DNA of 64,000 nt from Abditibacterium sp. (GTDB taxonomy: Bacteria; Armatimonadota; Abditibacteriia; Abditibacteriales; Abditibacteriaceae): positions 224,001-288,000 of the forward strand of contig CBDASK010000003.1 in the NCBI GenBank assembly GCA_965199495.1. Direction: 5' to 3'. A model generated the notes under the pieces. That model was not told where the DNA came from, did no database searches, and was given only the letters and a program-made list of their open reading frames with translations. Made by a program: the position numbers and the translations under genes. This document shows, in pieces, positions 40,445 to 48,737 of the stretch (the first letter of the stretch is position 1; each line of letters starts with the position of its first letter).

Positions 40445-41968
40445 CTATCGGCAACTCTTTTCCATTTCCGCCAACAGAGCCACCGCGTGTCGGCCCGGTT
40501 CGCGATAAATCGAATACAACGGCCCGACGACTTTAGCCGCTTCATCGGCATCGAACCATGCCGCTCCGCCTAATTTCGCCTGCGCTTCGACGTTTAATAA
40601 TACCGGCAATGCGCCCGGCATGATGGCACCGATGCCCGCCAAAATCGGCCCGCCCGCCCGCGCGATTTCGATCAAGCGCTCGACGTTGCGCGCGCCGATG
40701 CGGCCATAGGAAAGCGTCTCGACTTCCAAACCGGGCACGATGACTTTAACCGAATAAATGCCTTTATCGGCGGACGAAAAATCGGCGACCAGCACTTCCA
40801 AATCGTCGGCGCGCAATCTTTCGACGACGAAATTTAATAACGCGGTTTTATCGTCGTTAAGCGATTCAGGTTGCGTCGGCACGTCGGCAAAATCAATCCA
40901 ATTTTCGACGCGATGAACCGGCGCCATATTTTCGCGCACCTGTTCTAAATTTAATTTCGACCAATCGCTCAAACTTTGCAGCGCGCGTTGTTCTTCATCT
41001 TGGGGCGCGAAGTTCTGGCGAAACTCGTCCAAATATCCGTCGGGCGCGATTTGCTCGGCAATCGCCAGTGGCCCATGAAAAAACGCGATGCGCGCGCGCG
41101 CCGCCGCGAACTCCAACAACGCTTTGCGCAGCGCCACCACAGCCACCGGGTGACACGCCTCGCCGCCGCCCAGCGCCATCACGTTCGAGGCGCCATTTTC
41201 CGCATCAATTCTGTCAATGCCCGAAACATAAAATCCGGGAATCCCGCGATCTTGGGAAGCGAATTTCACTACGACATCCACGCCCATTCGCTCGAATTTA
41301 TCCAATAATTCGCGCGCGACCGGATCGTGGATCGTGCTTAAATCAAGCGCGTTTGTCGTGGCCAAAGCGCGAATCGAAAGGCCGTTGCCGTCGCGCTGCA
41401 ACAGTTCGAGCAAACCGTGAACGACCGCCATTTCATAAGTTGTCCCGGCGCCCAAACCGTTAGTGATCGGCGTCACCAAAAATCCGCGCCGCGTCTCGCC
41501 CAGCGCCGGATTGCCGTCGAGCGGTAAATCGCTCCAACCGCACGCGACGAATTCGAGCGGCACCCAGACTTTTTCGCCCGAACCAAAGCGGTTAATTTGC
41601 ACCCAATCCAATTCGATATGTTCGTCGTAAAGACTGCCCGCTTCCAAGCATAAATCGAGCGGATCAATGGCGGCGCACTGGCTCGCCTTCATTTCGGCGA
41701 ACGAGGCGCGCGTTTGCGGCCAATTTTCCAGGGCGTGGTGCGCCCAGAAATCTTCGGTTAATTCGCCGTAAGCGCCGCATCTGGCGCTGGCCGGAGTTTG
41801 GCCATAGCCGACGCCGCCTTTGTGCGGCCCGTTCGCGGGATAAAAAATCGCCGAGTGACAGTGAATGCCTAAGCGGTCGGCGCCCGACAACGCGAACTCG
41901 TTGATTTCGCCGTCGGGCAAAGCCGCGTGATATTTTTCAGTCGCGTTTTGGTAAATGGAATCTTGCAT
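40445..41968 (-). CDS. YcaO-family ATP-dependent amide-activating protein
   Basis: GVGYG..GAYGELTE..ITNGLGAG..HGLLELLQRD..EACHP..KALLE..VKVIVPGLE. Confidence 0.88.
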   Translation of the reverse strand: MQDSIYQNATEKYHAALPDGEINEFALSGADRLGIHCHSAIFYPANGPHKGGVGYGQTPASARCGAYGELTEDFWAHHALENWPQTRASFAEMKASQCAAIDPLDLCLEAGSLYDEHIELDWVQINRFGSGEKVWVPLEFVACGWSDLPLDGNPALGETRRGFLVTPITNGLGAGTTYEMAVVHGLLELLQRDGNGLSIRALATTNALDLSTIHDPVARELLDKFERMGVDVVVKFASQDRGIPGFYVSGIDRIDAENGASNVMALGGGEACHPVAVVALRKALLEFAAARARIAFFHGPLAIAEQIAPDGYLDEFRQNFAPQDEEQRALQSLSDWSKLNLEQVRENMAPVHRVENWIDFADVPTQPESLNDDKTALLNFVVERLRADDLEVLVADFSSADKGIYSVKVIVPGLEVETLSYGRIGARNVERLIEIARAGGPILAGIGAIMPGALPVLLNVEAQAKLGGAAWFDADEAAKVVGPLYSIYREPGRHAVALLAEMEKSCR

Positions 41969-42020
41969 GATGTTTTAAAATCCCCACGATTAGAATCCCC
42001 GATTAAAATCGGAGCCTAAG

Positions 42021-42129
42021 AACGGCTACGCCGCAACTGTCCGCCTGCGCGGACACACAAAATCTGAGCTTGTCCGCGCAGGCGGACAGTTGCGGCGTAG
42101 CCGTTTCCAGACCCACAATTTATTGTGGG
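42021..42129. repeat. GTCCGCGCAGGCGGAC-type REP pair plus short palindrome
   Basis: aacggctacgccgcaactgtccgcctgcgcggaca ... tgtccgcgcaggcggacagttgcggcgtagccgtt; cccacaatttattgtggg. Confidence 0.85.
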
Positions 42130-42136
42130 TTCGTAA

Positions 42137-42880
42137 TTAAACGCCGACGACAAACCGTTCCGCGAACGGTTCGCGCTCGACGCGCTCGGCTTCGGCGCGA
42201 TGAAATTGCGTCAACTGTGAAGCCACGCCATCGGGGTCGCCGAACTGAAAGCCGATTTGCGACGCATAAGCGCAACATCCAGCGATTTTGAGTTGCAACG
42301 ATTCGTCATCGAAAACGACGAATCCACCGCTCAAATTTTTCGGCAACAACTCCGACGGCGTGGCTGCTGGCTGGCGAATGGCGTAGGGCGTATCGCGATA
42401 CCAAAAGGCTGGCTTATCCCAACCGCGCGCGCGCACAGCGCGAATGACTTGCAAATGGTCAACGTGATTGCCCAAACCCTGCGGCGCAAAAACCGTATCG
42501 GGCGTTTGGATTTCGCCTAATTTCTCGGCGATTTCGCGCCAAATCTCGTCGCCGTCGCGAATGCCGCCAAATAAATCAGGCGCCGATTCGTAACCGCGAT
42601 GCGGCGCCTCGAAGAACGGCCAATGTTCGTAGTTTTCGATGCCGATGATTTCGCAAAATTGGTCGTCTTCGGCACGGCGCAATTTCATGTAATCTATGTC
42701 GGGCGCCAAACCTTTATCCAACTGGCACGCCAAAGCAAAACCCTGCGGATTTTCGACCGAACCGGTAAAAATCGTGATTTGTTGCACATCCCAACCGCCG
42801 CGCAACAAATGGCGCGCAGTCGCGGCGCACGAAAATGCGATGTCATCGAGATGGGGCGAAAGTAAAAGGGCGCGGGGCAT
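42137..42880 (-). CDS. PIG-L/LmbE family de-N-acetylase
   Basis: LSPHLDD, RRAED, GNHVDH, CAYASQ. Confidence 0.9.
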   Translation of the reverse strand: MPRALLLSPHLDDIAFSCAATARHLLRGGWDVQQITIFTGSVENPQGFALACQLDKGLAPDIDYMKLRRAEDDQFCEIIGIENYEHWPFFEAPHRGYESAPDLFGGIRDGDEIWREIAEKLGEIQTPDTVFAPQGLGNHVDHLQVIRAVRARGWDKPAFWYRDTPYAIRQPAATPSELLPKNLSGGFVVFDDESLQLKIAGCCAYASQIGFQFGDPDGVASQLTQFHRAEAERVEREPFAERFVVGV

Positions 42881-42907
42881 AATAGAAAATGGAAGGCGAA
42901 GATATTT

Positions 42908-44155
42908 CTACAACAAATGCGGCGCCTCGCGATATTTACAAGTCAAATCAATCGGTTCATCCAACTGCCAATCGTTATCAGGCGCCATGCCGATAATTTC
43001 CTCATAAACATCCATAATCTGGCGCGCGACGACGGGCCAACTGTATTTCTCGTGCGCGTCTTGAAACGCGGCTTCGGTTAAGCGCGCGCGCAAATCGTCG
43101 TCGCTTAATATGCGTTCTATCGCGCCAGCCAATGCAACCACGTCGCCGGGCTGCACCAATAAACCGTTGACGTTGTCGGTCAAACAATCCACGACACCGA
43201 CGGCTTCGCACGAAACGACCGGCAAACCGCTCGCCATCGCTTCCAGAATCGTGTTACTGAATCCTTCGGCGTAAGTCGGCGACAAAAACACGTCGCCGCG
43301 CCGGTAAATCGCGGGCACATCGGCGTATTCGACGTAACCCAAAACTTGAACCGCATCGCCCAAATCCAATTCGGCAATGCGCTCGTTGACCGCATCGAAA
43401 TCGGGGCCGATACCCGAATAAACGATTTTGACGTTACGCCAGCGCGGGTTCTGGCGCAAAATCACAAACGCATCCAATAAATCTAACGCGCCTTTGCGAC
43501 GATCAACGCGGCCATGATACAGCAAAACCGGCGCATTCGGGTCGCGGAGTTCACCCAGTTTCAAGCCGTCGCGCGGCACGAATCGCGTCGCATCCACGGC
43601 GCCCGGCACGATGGTGAAGCGCGACAACGGCGTGTCGTGGTTTTCCTCGACTTCGCCCGCGAAACTCTGCGAACCGATCAGCAACGCACCCGCGTGATCG
43701 AACACGGTTGTAATCGCTTCTTTGTGCGTGGCGCAGCACAAACCGACCCAATGGCCATCGCCGCCCTGAATCGAAACGACGTTGGGTTTGCCGGTAATTT
43801 TAGACAATTCGAGCGCCGCCAATCCGGTCGGATAACCGTATTGCGCGTGAAACAAATCGAACGGTTTAGTTGCGTGTTCGCGCAACGCGATCTGCACCAT
43901 CGTCTCGATGTCGGCCTCGAAACTGGCGAGCGATTGCTGTTCGCCCAACGCTTCCAGACCGATAACTTTCACGCCTTCGACGGCGGGCGGCGGGCCGCCT
44001 CCGTAAACGCGCGTGCCCGCTTCATCGCCGCGATACTGCGAAATCATCGTGACATCGTGCCCGGCTTTGACTAACTCGCGCAGCAGGTTGATGGCATAAA
44101 CGCTCATGCCGGAAATCGCCGGGAAAAAGCGGCGGGAAATGAAACAAATTTTCAT
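42908..44155 (-). CDS. Glycosyltransferase family 4 (MshA/BshA-like fold)
   Basis: FHAQYGYP, LYHGRVDRRKG, EGFSNTILEAMASG. Confidence 0.92.
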   Translation of the reverse strand: MKICFISRRFFPAISGMSVYAINLLRELVKAGHDVTMISQYRGDEAGTRVYGGGPPPAVEGVKVIGLEALGEQQSLASFEADIETMVQIALREHATKPFDLFHAQYGYPTGLAALELSKITGKPNVVSIQGGDGHWVGLCCATHKEAITTVFDHAGALLIGSQSFAGEVEENHDTPLSRFTIVPGAVDATRFVPRDGLKLGELRDPNAPVLLYHGRVDRRKGALDLLDAFVILRQNPRWRNVKIVYSGIGPDFDAVNERIAELDLGDAVQVLGYVEYADVPAIYRRGDVFLSPTYAEGFSNTILEAMASGLPVVSCEAVGVVDCLTDNVNGLLVQPGDVVALAGAIERILSDDDLRARLTEAAFQDAHEKYSWPVVARQIMDVYEEIIGMAPDNDWQLDEPIDLTCKYREAPHLL

Positions 44156-44170
44156 AATTGATGATTGGAT

Positions 44171-44297
44171 TTAGCCACAGAGAACGCACAGAGGAACACA
44201 GAAAGAACGAAGAGAAGAGAAGAGAAGAGGGAGTAAAAAAACAATTTTCTCTTCGTTGCCCACTTTCTGTGTTCCTCTGTGTGTCCTCTGTGGCTAA
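44171..44297. repeat. CACAGAG-type inverted repeat with AGAGA microrepeat
   Basis: ttagccacagagaacgcacagaggaacacagaaag ... ctttctgtgttcctctgtgtgtcctctgtggctaa; includes the YcaO stop codon. Confidence 0.85.
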
Positions 44298-45763
44298 TTT
44301 GCTTCCTCCATGAAGCCCAGAACATGGCGACCCGGTTCGCGATAGAGCGGATACAAATCGCCGATAATCGCGTCCAACTGCGCGCTATCAAACCACGCGC
44401 CGGGAAATCGCGCTTGCGCCTCTTTGGTCAACGCGATTGGGCGCGCCGTGGCTGGTGCGTCGCCAAGGCCGACGAGCGGCGAATCGCGTTCGAGTAAGCG
44501 TTTCAAATTGCGCGCGCCGATGCGCCCGTAAGTCATAGTTTCGACTTCCAAACCCGGCACGACGGCTTTCAAAACGCAAACATCGGCGCCTGGCGGCGTG
44601 AACTGCGCGTAGTAAATTTCTAAATTTTCGGCGTTCAAACGCTGCGTTAAAACTTGGAGGAGTTGCGCATCGTCGCGGATTTGCGTCGTCGGCAATTCGG
44701 AGAATTTGCGCGTTTCGTTCACGGCAAAAATTGGGTCGCGCAACATCTCGAAGAATTGTTGGTGCGTCAAATTCATCCAAGCGCGCATTTCGCTTAAAGC
44801 GCGGTCGTCTTCGCTGCGCATCGTGGCGGGGCGAAACGCGGCCAGATAACCTTCGGGCACGAGCGGACGCACCAAATCGAGCGGCCCGTGATTGAAGGTT
44901 TTGCGCGCGCGCGCCATACAGAATTCGTGGAGCGCCTTGCCCAGCGCGACTTCACGGTCGGGATGAACCGCCTCGCCGCACGCCGAAAGCGCGATTGGCA
45001 ACGGCGCGCGCTGCAAATCGCGGTCGTAGCCGACGACGTAAAGGTTGACCATGCCGAAATCGAGCGCGGCGATTTTGACTGTAACTTCGATGCCCTGCTC
45101 GTCCAGATTCCTGAGCAGAGCGCGCGTTTGCGGGTCGCGCACTTCGTCTAATTCGACGCGCACGCCGCGATCCAAGGCGCGATAACTCACGCTGTTGCCA
45201 TCGCGTTGCAACTGTTCCAAAACGCCGTGCGCGAGGGCGCGCTCGAACGTCGGCCCGGCGCCCAAACCGTTGGTAATCGGCACGCCGACAAAACTCGATG
45301 GATCGGCGCCTGCTTCAATATCGGCGTAGCGCGGCGCGACGAATTCAATCGGACACCACGTTTTTTCGCCATCGGGATGGCGCGCGATTTCGACCCATCC
45401 GAGCGGCATCGCGGGCGTGTAAATCGTGCCGACTTGCAAGTTCAGCGAAACCGGATCGAGCGCGTTTTCGCCGCGCTGGTTCAGTTCGTCGAACGAAGCG
45501 CGGATTCGCGGCATTTGCTTGAGCGCATCGCGCGCGTGAAACCATTCGATGGCCTCGCCCCACGCCGAAGTTTGGGCGCGCTCCAAAGTCGGGCCGTAGC
45601 CAAAACCATCGTTAAGCGCGCCGTCTTGCGTCAACAAAATGACGCTCCAAAGCGGCGCGCTTAAACGGTCAATGGCGCCAAAAGGAAACTCGAAAACCGT
45701 GGCGCTGCGAAGAGCCACGCCGGGCGATTTGCGGTAGAGGTTGAGTGGCAAATTCATAGACAA
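44294..45763 (-). CDS. YcaO-family protein (second paralog)
   Basis: GFGYG..SAWGEAIE..ITNGLGAG..HGVLEQLQRD..GEAVHPD..KALHE..KAVVPGLE. Confidence 0.88.
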   Translation of the reverse strand: MSMNLPLNLYRKSPGVALRSATVFEFPFGAIDRLSAPLWSVILLTQDGALNDGFGYGPTLERAQTSAWGEAIEWFHARDALKQMPRIRASFDELNQRGENALDPVSLNLQVGTIYTPAMPLGWVEIARHPDGEKTWCPIEFVAPRYADIEAGADPSSFVGVPITNGLGAGPTFERALAHGVLEQLQRDGNSVSYRALDRGVRVELDEVRDPQTRALLRNLDEQGIEVTVKIAALDFGMVNLYVVGYDRDLQRAPLPIALSACGEAVHPDREVALGKALHEFCMARARKTFNHGPLDLVRPLVPEGYLAAFRPATMRSEDDRALSEMRAWMNLTHQQFFEMLRDPIFAVNETRKFSELPTTQIRDDAQLLQVLTQRLNAENLEIYYAQFTPPGADVCVLKAVVPGLEVETMTYGRIGARNLKRLLERDSPLVGLGDAPATARPIALTKEAQARFPGAWFDSAQLDAIIGDLYPLYREPGRHVLGFMEEAN

Positions 45764-46569
45764 ATCTCCATTGGCCCGAAAAACGGCGCGCCATTGAGTT
45801 GCGCCTCGAACAATTGCAACGCCGCCGCGCGCGCATGGGCGGGAGCGCGCTCGAACGTGGTGTAAACGTGATCGAATTCGAGCGCGCGCACCACATCGCG
45901 GTAACGGCGCACCTCGGCGTGGCTCATCGGAACTCGGCGGTTAAACGCTTTGTGCGTCGAAATGCCGATGGTTTTGTCGCCGTCGAAATGAAACTTGAGC
46001 ATATCGCCCGCGAACAGAATTTTTTGCTCGCCAAACAAATGCAAAACGCTGTGCCCGGCGAAATGTCCCGCCGTGTGAACCAAACGCGCGCCGGGCGCGA
46101 AACCGACTTGTTCGTCGAACGGAAAATCGGTATGGAGCGTTTGCGTCCAACCCAAATCTTCGACTTGCACTAAAATCTGCGGCGCGAAACGTTGCTGCAA
46201 TTGCCACGCGGCGCCAAACGCGTGCGGATGCGAAAAACTGAGGTGCGCGATGCCGCCGCGCGACTCGATAAAATCGAGCGCGTCGGCATCGTAGAATCCG
46301 CAACTCTCGAAGAAAATGTTGCCCGTCGCGCGCGGAATTAAATAACCGCTCGGCCCGATGCCCAACTTCGGCTCGGTCGAGAAAGTGATAACGCCCAGTT
46401 CGTCTTCGTGCCAGCGCGTTTGATAGCGCGCGGCGACTTCGTTAAACGTTAAAAATTCCCATCCATCTTCGGGTGGCGTATGCCGAAAATCGAGGCAAAT
46501 TGGACAACTTGCGGGCGTCGCGAAATGGAGTTGCCAGAAGCCACAATTGGTGCAAAGATAATGGTTCAC
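45754..46569 (-). CDS. Metallo-beta-lactamase-fold hydrolase with N-terminal Zn ribbon
   Basis: CTNCG..CPICLD; SHPH; GHFAGH; FAGD; GTG start overlaps the upstream TGA. Confidence 0.82.
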   Translation of the reverse strand: MNHYLCTNCGFWQLHFATPASCPICLDFRHTPPEDGWEFLTFNEVAARYQTRWHEDELGVITFSTEPKLGIGPSGYLIPRATGNIFFESCGFYDADALDFIESRGGIAHLSFSHPHAFGAAWQLQQRFAPQILVQVEDLGWTQTLHTDFPFDEQVGFAPGARLVHTAGHFAGHSVLHLFGEQKILFAGDMLKFHFDGDKTIGISTHKAFNRRVPMSHAEVRRYRDVVRALEFDHVYTTFERAPAHARAAALQLFEAQLNGAPFFGPMEICL

Positions 46570-47618
46570 GAAGTTGATTCCTCGACCAAAGTGCCGCCCG
46601 CGCAATTGATCGCGGTATGTAAAAGTTGCATGGTGTGCAAGTCGCGCGCGGGCGCGAACGGGAAAGTTTCGCCGCTCAACAGCGCGCGCGAAAACGCCTC
46701 GACGCCATTACGAAACGGCGAAACATCGCGCGTTTTATCCAATTCGATGTTGCGAGTTTCGCCGCTTTGCGCATCCACGATTTCGAGAGTGCCGCCGGGC
46801 GTTTGACCCATCGTGTTGCGCGCGCGCGCCATCGCGCGCGTGCCGATGATTTCGAGCGTGCGGCGCGGGTAATTATCCGGGCAATTGTAAGCGACGTTCA
46901 TCGTCAAAAGCGCGTCGTTTTGGAAGCGGCCAATCAACGTCGCGCCGTCGTCCACGGCATAATCGAAGACGCGGCGTTGCAGCAGACACGCGACTTCGAT
47001 GAGCGGCTGGCCCAGCAACATCTGCGTCAAATCCAGACCGTGCGGCGCCAAATCAATCAGCGCGCCACCGCCCGCGCGCGCGGGGTCAACGCGCCAGTTA
47101 TCGTGCGAACCGTCGTCCGAATCGGGCTTCCAAGTTGGCGGCGTCCAGCACGCATAATGCACACGCGCCAGCGTGATGTCGCCCAACTCTCCGCGTTCAA
47201 TCAACGCGCGCAACTGTTCGTGTGCCGCGTGAAATCGTTGGTCGAATGCCGTCGCGTAAACCACGTTATTTTCGGCGCAAACTTCAGTCATGGCGCGCGC
47301 GTCTTCGAGCGTCGTCGCCATCGGTTTTTCGCACAAAACGTGCTTGCCCGCGCGCGCCGCTCTTTCCGTTATCGCCCGATGCAAATGGTTGGGCGTCGCC
47401 ACATAAACCGCGTCAACATCGCATTGGAGCATCGCATTTAAATCGGTAAACGTCGCAGCATCGGGCGTTTGCGATTTAATGCGCTCCAATGCAGCCACGT
47501 CGGGGTCGCACAGCGCGACGAGCGCGGCGGACGGCGCAACGCGCAACGCGGGCGCGACGTAATCGCGCGCGACCCAGCCGCAACCGACGAGGCCCCAGCG
47601 AATAGTTTGTCTTTTCAT
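46566..47618 (-). CDS. Gfo/Idh/MocA family oxidoreductase
   Basis: WGLVGCG, VYVATPNHLH, GKHVLCEKP, GGGALIDLAPH. Confidence 0.92.
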   Translation of the reverse strand: MKRQTIRWGLVGCGWVARDYVAPALRVAPSAALVALCDPDVAALERIKSQTPDAATFTDLNAMLQCDVDAVYVATPNHLHRAITERAARAGKHVLCEKPMATTLEDARAMTEVCAENNVVYATAFDQRFHAAHEQLRALIERGELGDITLARVHYACWTPPTWKPDSDDGSHDNWRVDPARAGGGALIDLAPHGLDLTQMLLGQPLIEVACLLQRRVFDYAVDDGATLIGRFQNDALLTMNVAYNCPDNYPRRTLEIIGTRAMARARNTMGQTPGGTLEIVDAQSGETRNIELDKTRDVSPFRNGVEAFSRALLSGETFPFAPARDLHTMQLLHTAINCAGGTLVEESTS

Positions 47619-47672
47619 GTTGATTTTCAAATTCGCGCAGAACGTAGCAACGCAGCAACGCGGATTTGAAAC

Positions 47673-48737
47673 TTATTTGAATCCCGCTTCGCGCATAATT
47701 TCCAACTGAAACTTTTGCACCGGGCCGGGATGAATAATATCCATTTCGTCCAAAGCCACGTCGAGCGTGAAGGCGGCGCTACGCGCGTGCCATTCCATTT
47801 CCAAAACGCGGTCGAGCGAATCGGCGACCTGAAACGATTTCGACGTGGGCGTATCAGCGCGATAAACGTTATCGAGCGCCGCGCGCGCTTTTTCGGCCAA
47901 CTCATCGGGCAACTGTGCCAGCGAACGTTCGCGAAATGTTTGTATGAGCGGCGCGTGATATTCACCCAGCAAAACGTCGCCTGCATCGCCCGCGTCGGGC
48001 AAATAAGCATTGTGAAAATGATGGCTTAGCCCGGTGAGAAAACATTCGCCCGCGTCGGCCTTATATAAAGACGACGCCAAAACGCAATTGACCGCGACGA
48101 TTGAGCAATGTTCGGCGTGATTTTCGGTCGGCTCTAACACGACACGCGCATAGCCGGGCCGTGTCGCCCCGGCCCGTGGCTGCGTTGCCAACCGTTCGAC
48201 GAATTCCGCTTCTTTTACAGATTTATAGCCCTTCACATTGGATTGGCTACACCTGTTCAAGGGCGGGGCTTGCGCCCTCTTCCAATCGTGACTTCTCTTC
48301 GCGCCCCGATTGGAAGAGGGCGCAAGCCCCGCCCTTGGAGCCTTCGCACTGTGAAGGGCTATATCAACAGATGAATTTCCATCATCTTGAATTGTGAGCG
48401 AATCGGACGAGAGTTGGGCGCGCAGTTTTCGGGCGAATTCGTCGGGCAAAACGTTCGCGCTGGCATCGAACGCGCGTTGCAGAATTTGCAGACGCGCGTC
48501 GGCTGCGATGTCGCCATCGTCCAAAACGTGCGCGTCAATGCCCGCCAACTTCGCCGCGACGACGGCGTTGGCCGTTTCGCTCAAAGCGACAATTTCGAGC
48601 GATTCGCCCGCGACTAAACGCGCCCAACTGCAACGAAACAAACGCTCCGCGATGGAGCCGTCAAGACCAGCCACGCGCAGGCGCTTGAGATCGTTGAGTT
48701 CGCGAAACAAAGGCAATAGCGAGGAAACGGAAGCCAT
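47673..48737 (-). CDS. HD-fold-like hypothetical protein carrying an in-frame palindromic insertion
   Basis: ENHAEH..HHFHN..LPD..ADSLDR metal-ligand pattern; the region around SVDIALH..GYKSVK derives from a repeat element. Confidence 0.75.
   Translation of the reverse strand: MASVSSLLPLFRELNDLKRLRVAGLDGSIAERLFRCSWARLVAGESLEIVALSETANAVVAAKLAGIDAHVLDDGDIAADARLQILQRAFDASANVLPDEFARKLRAQLSSDSLTIQDDGNSSVDIALHSAKAPRAGLAPSSNRGAKRSHDWKRAQAPPLNRCSQSNVKGYKSVKEAEFVERLATQPRAGATRPGYARVVLEPTENHAEHCSIVAVNCVLASSLYKADAGECFLTGLSHHFHNAYLPDAGDAGDVLLGEYHAPLIQTFRERSLAQLPDELAEKARAALDNVYRADTPTSKSFQVADSLDRVLEMEWHARSAAFTLDVALDEMDIIHPGPVQKFQLEIMREAGFK
48224..48363. repeat. Nested palindromic element inside a CDS
   Basis: Outer IR tatagcccttcaca/tgtgaagggctata; inner 31-bp perfect IR 48258-48288/48307-48337 of the CGATTGGAAG family. 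Confidence 0.88.

Noticed and set aside
44152..44391. Short ORFs in the YcaO operon (44152..44391, 42070..42291) as RiPP precursors
   Set aside because: They are translations of the inverted-repeat elements or overlap real genes; no leader/core pattern. A precursor encoded elsewhere cannot be excluded.
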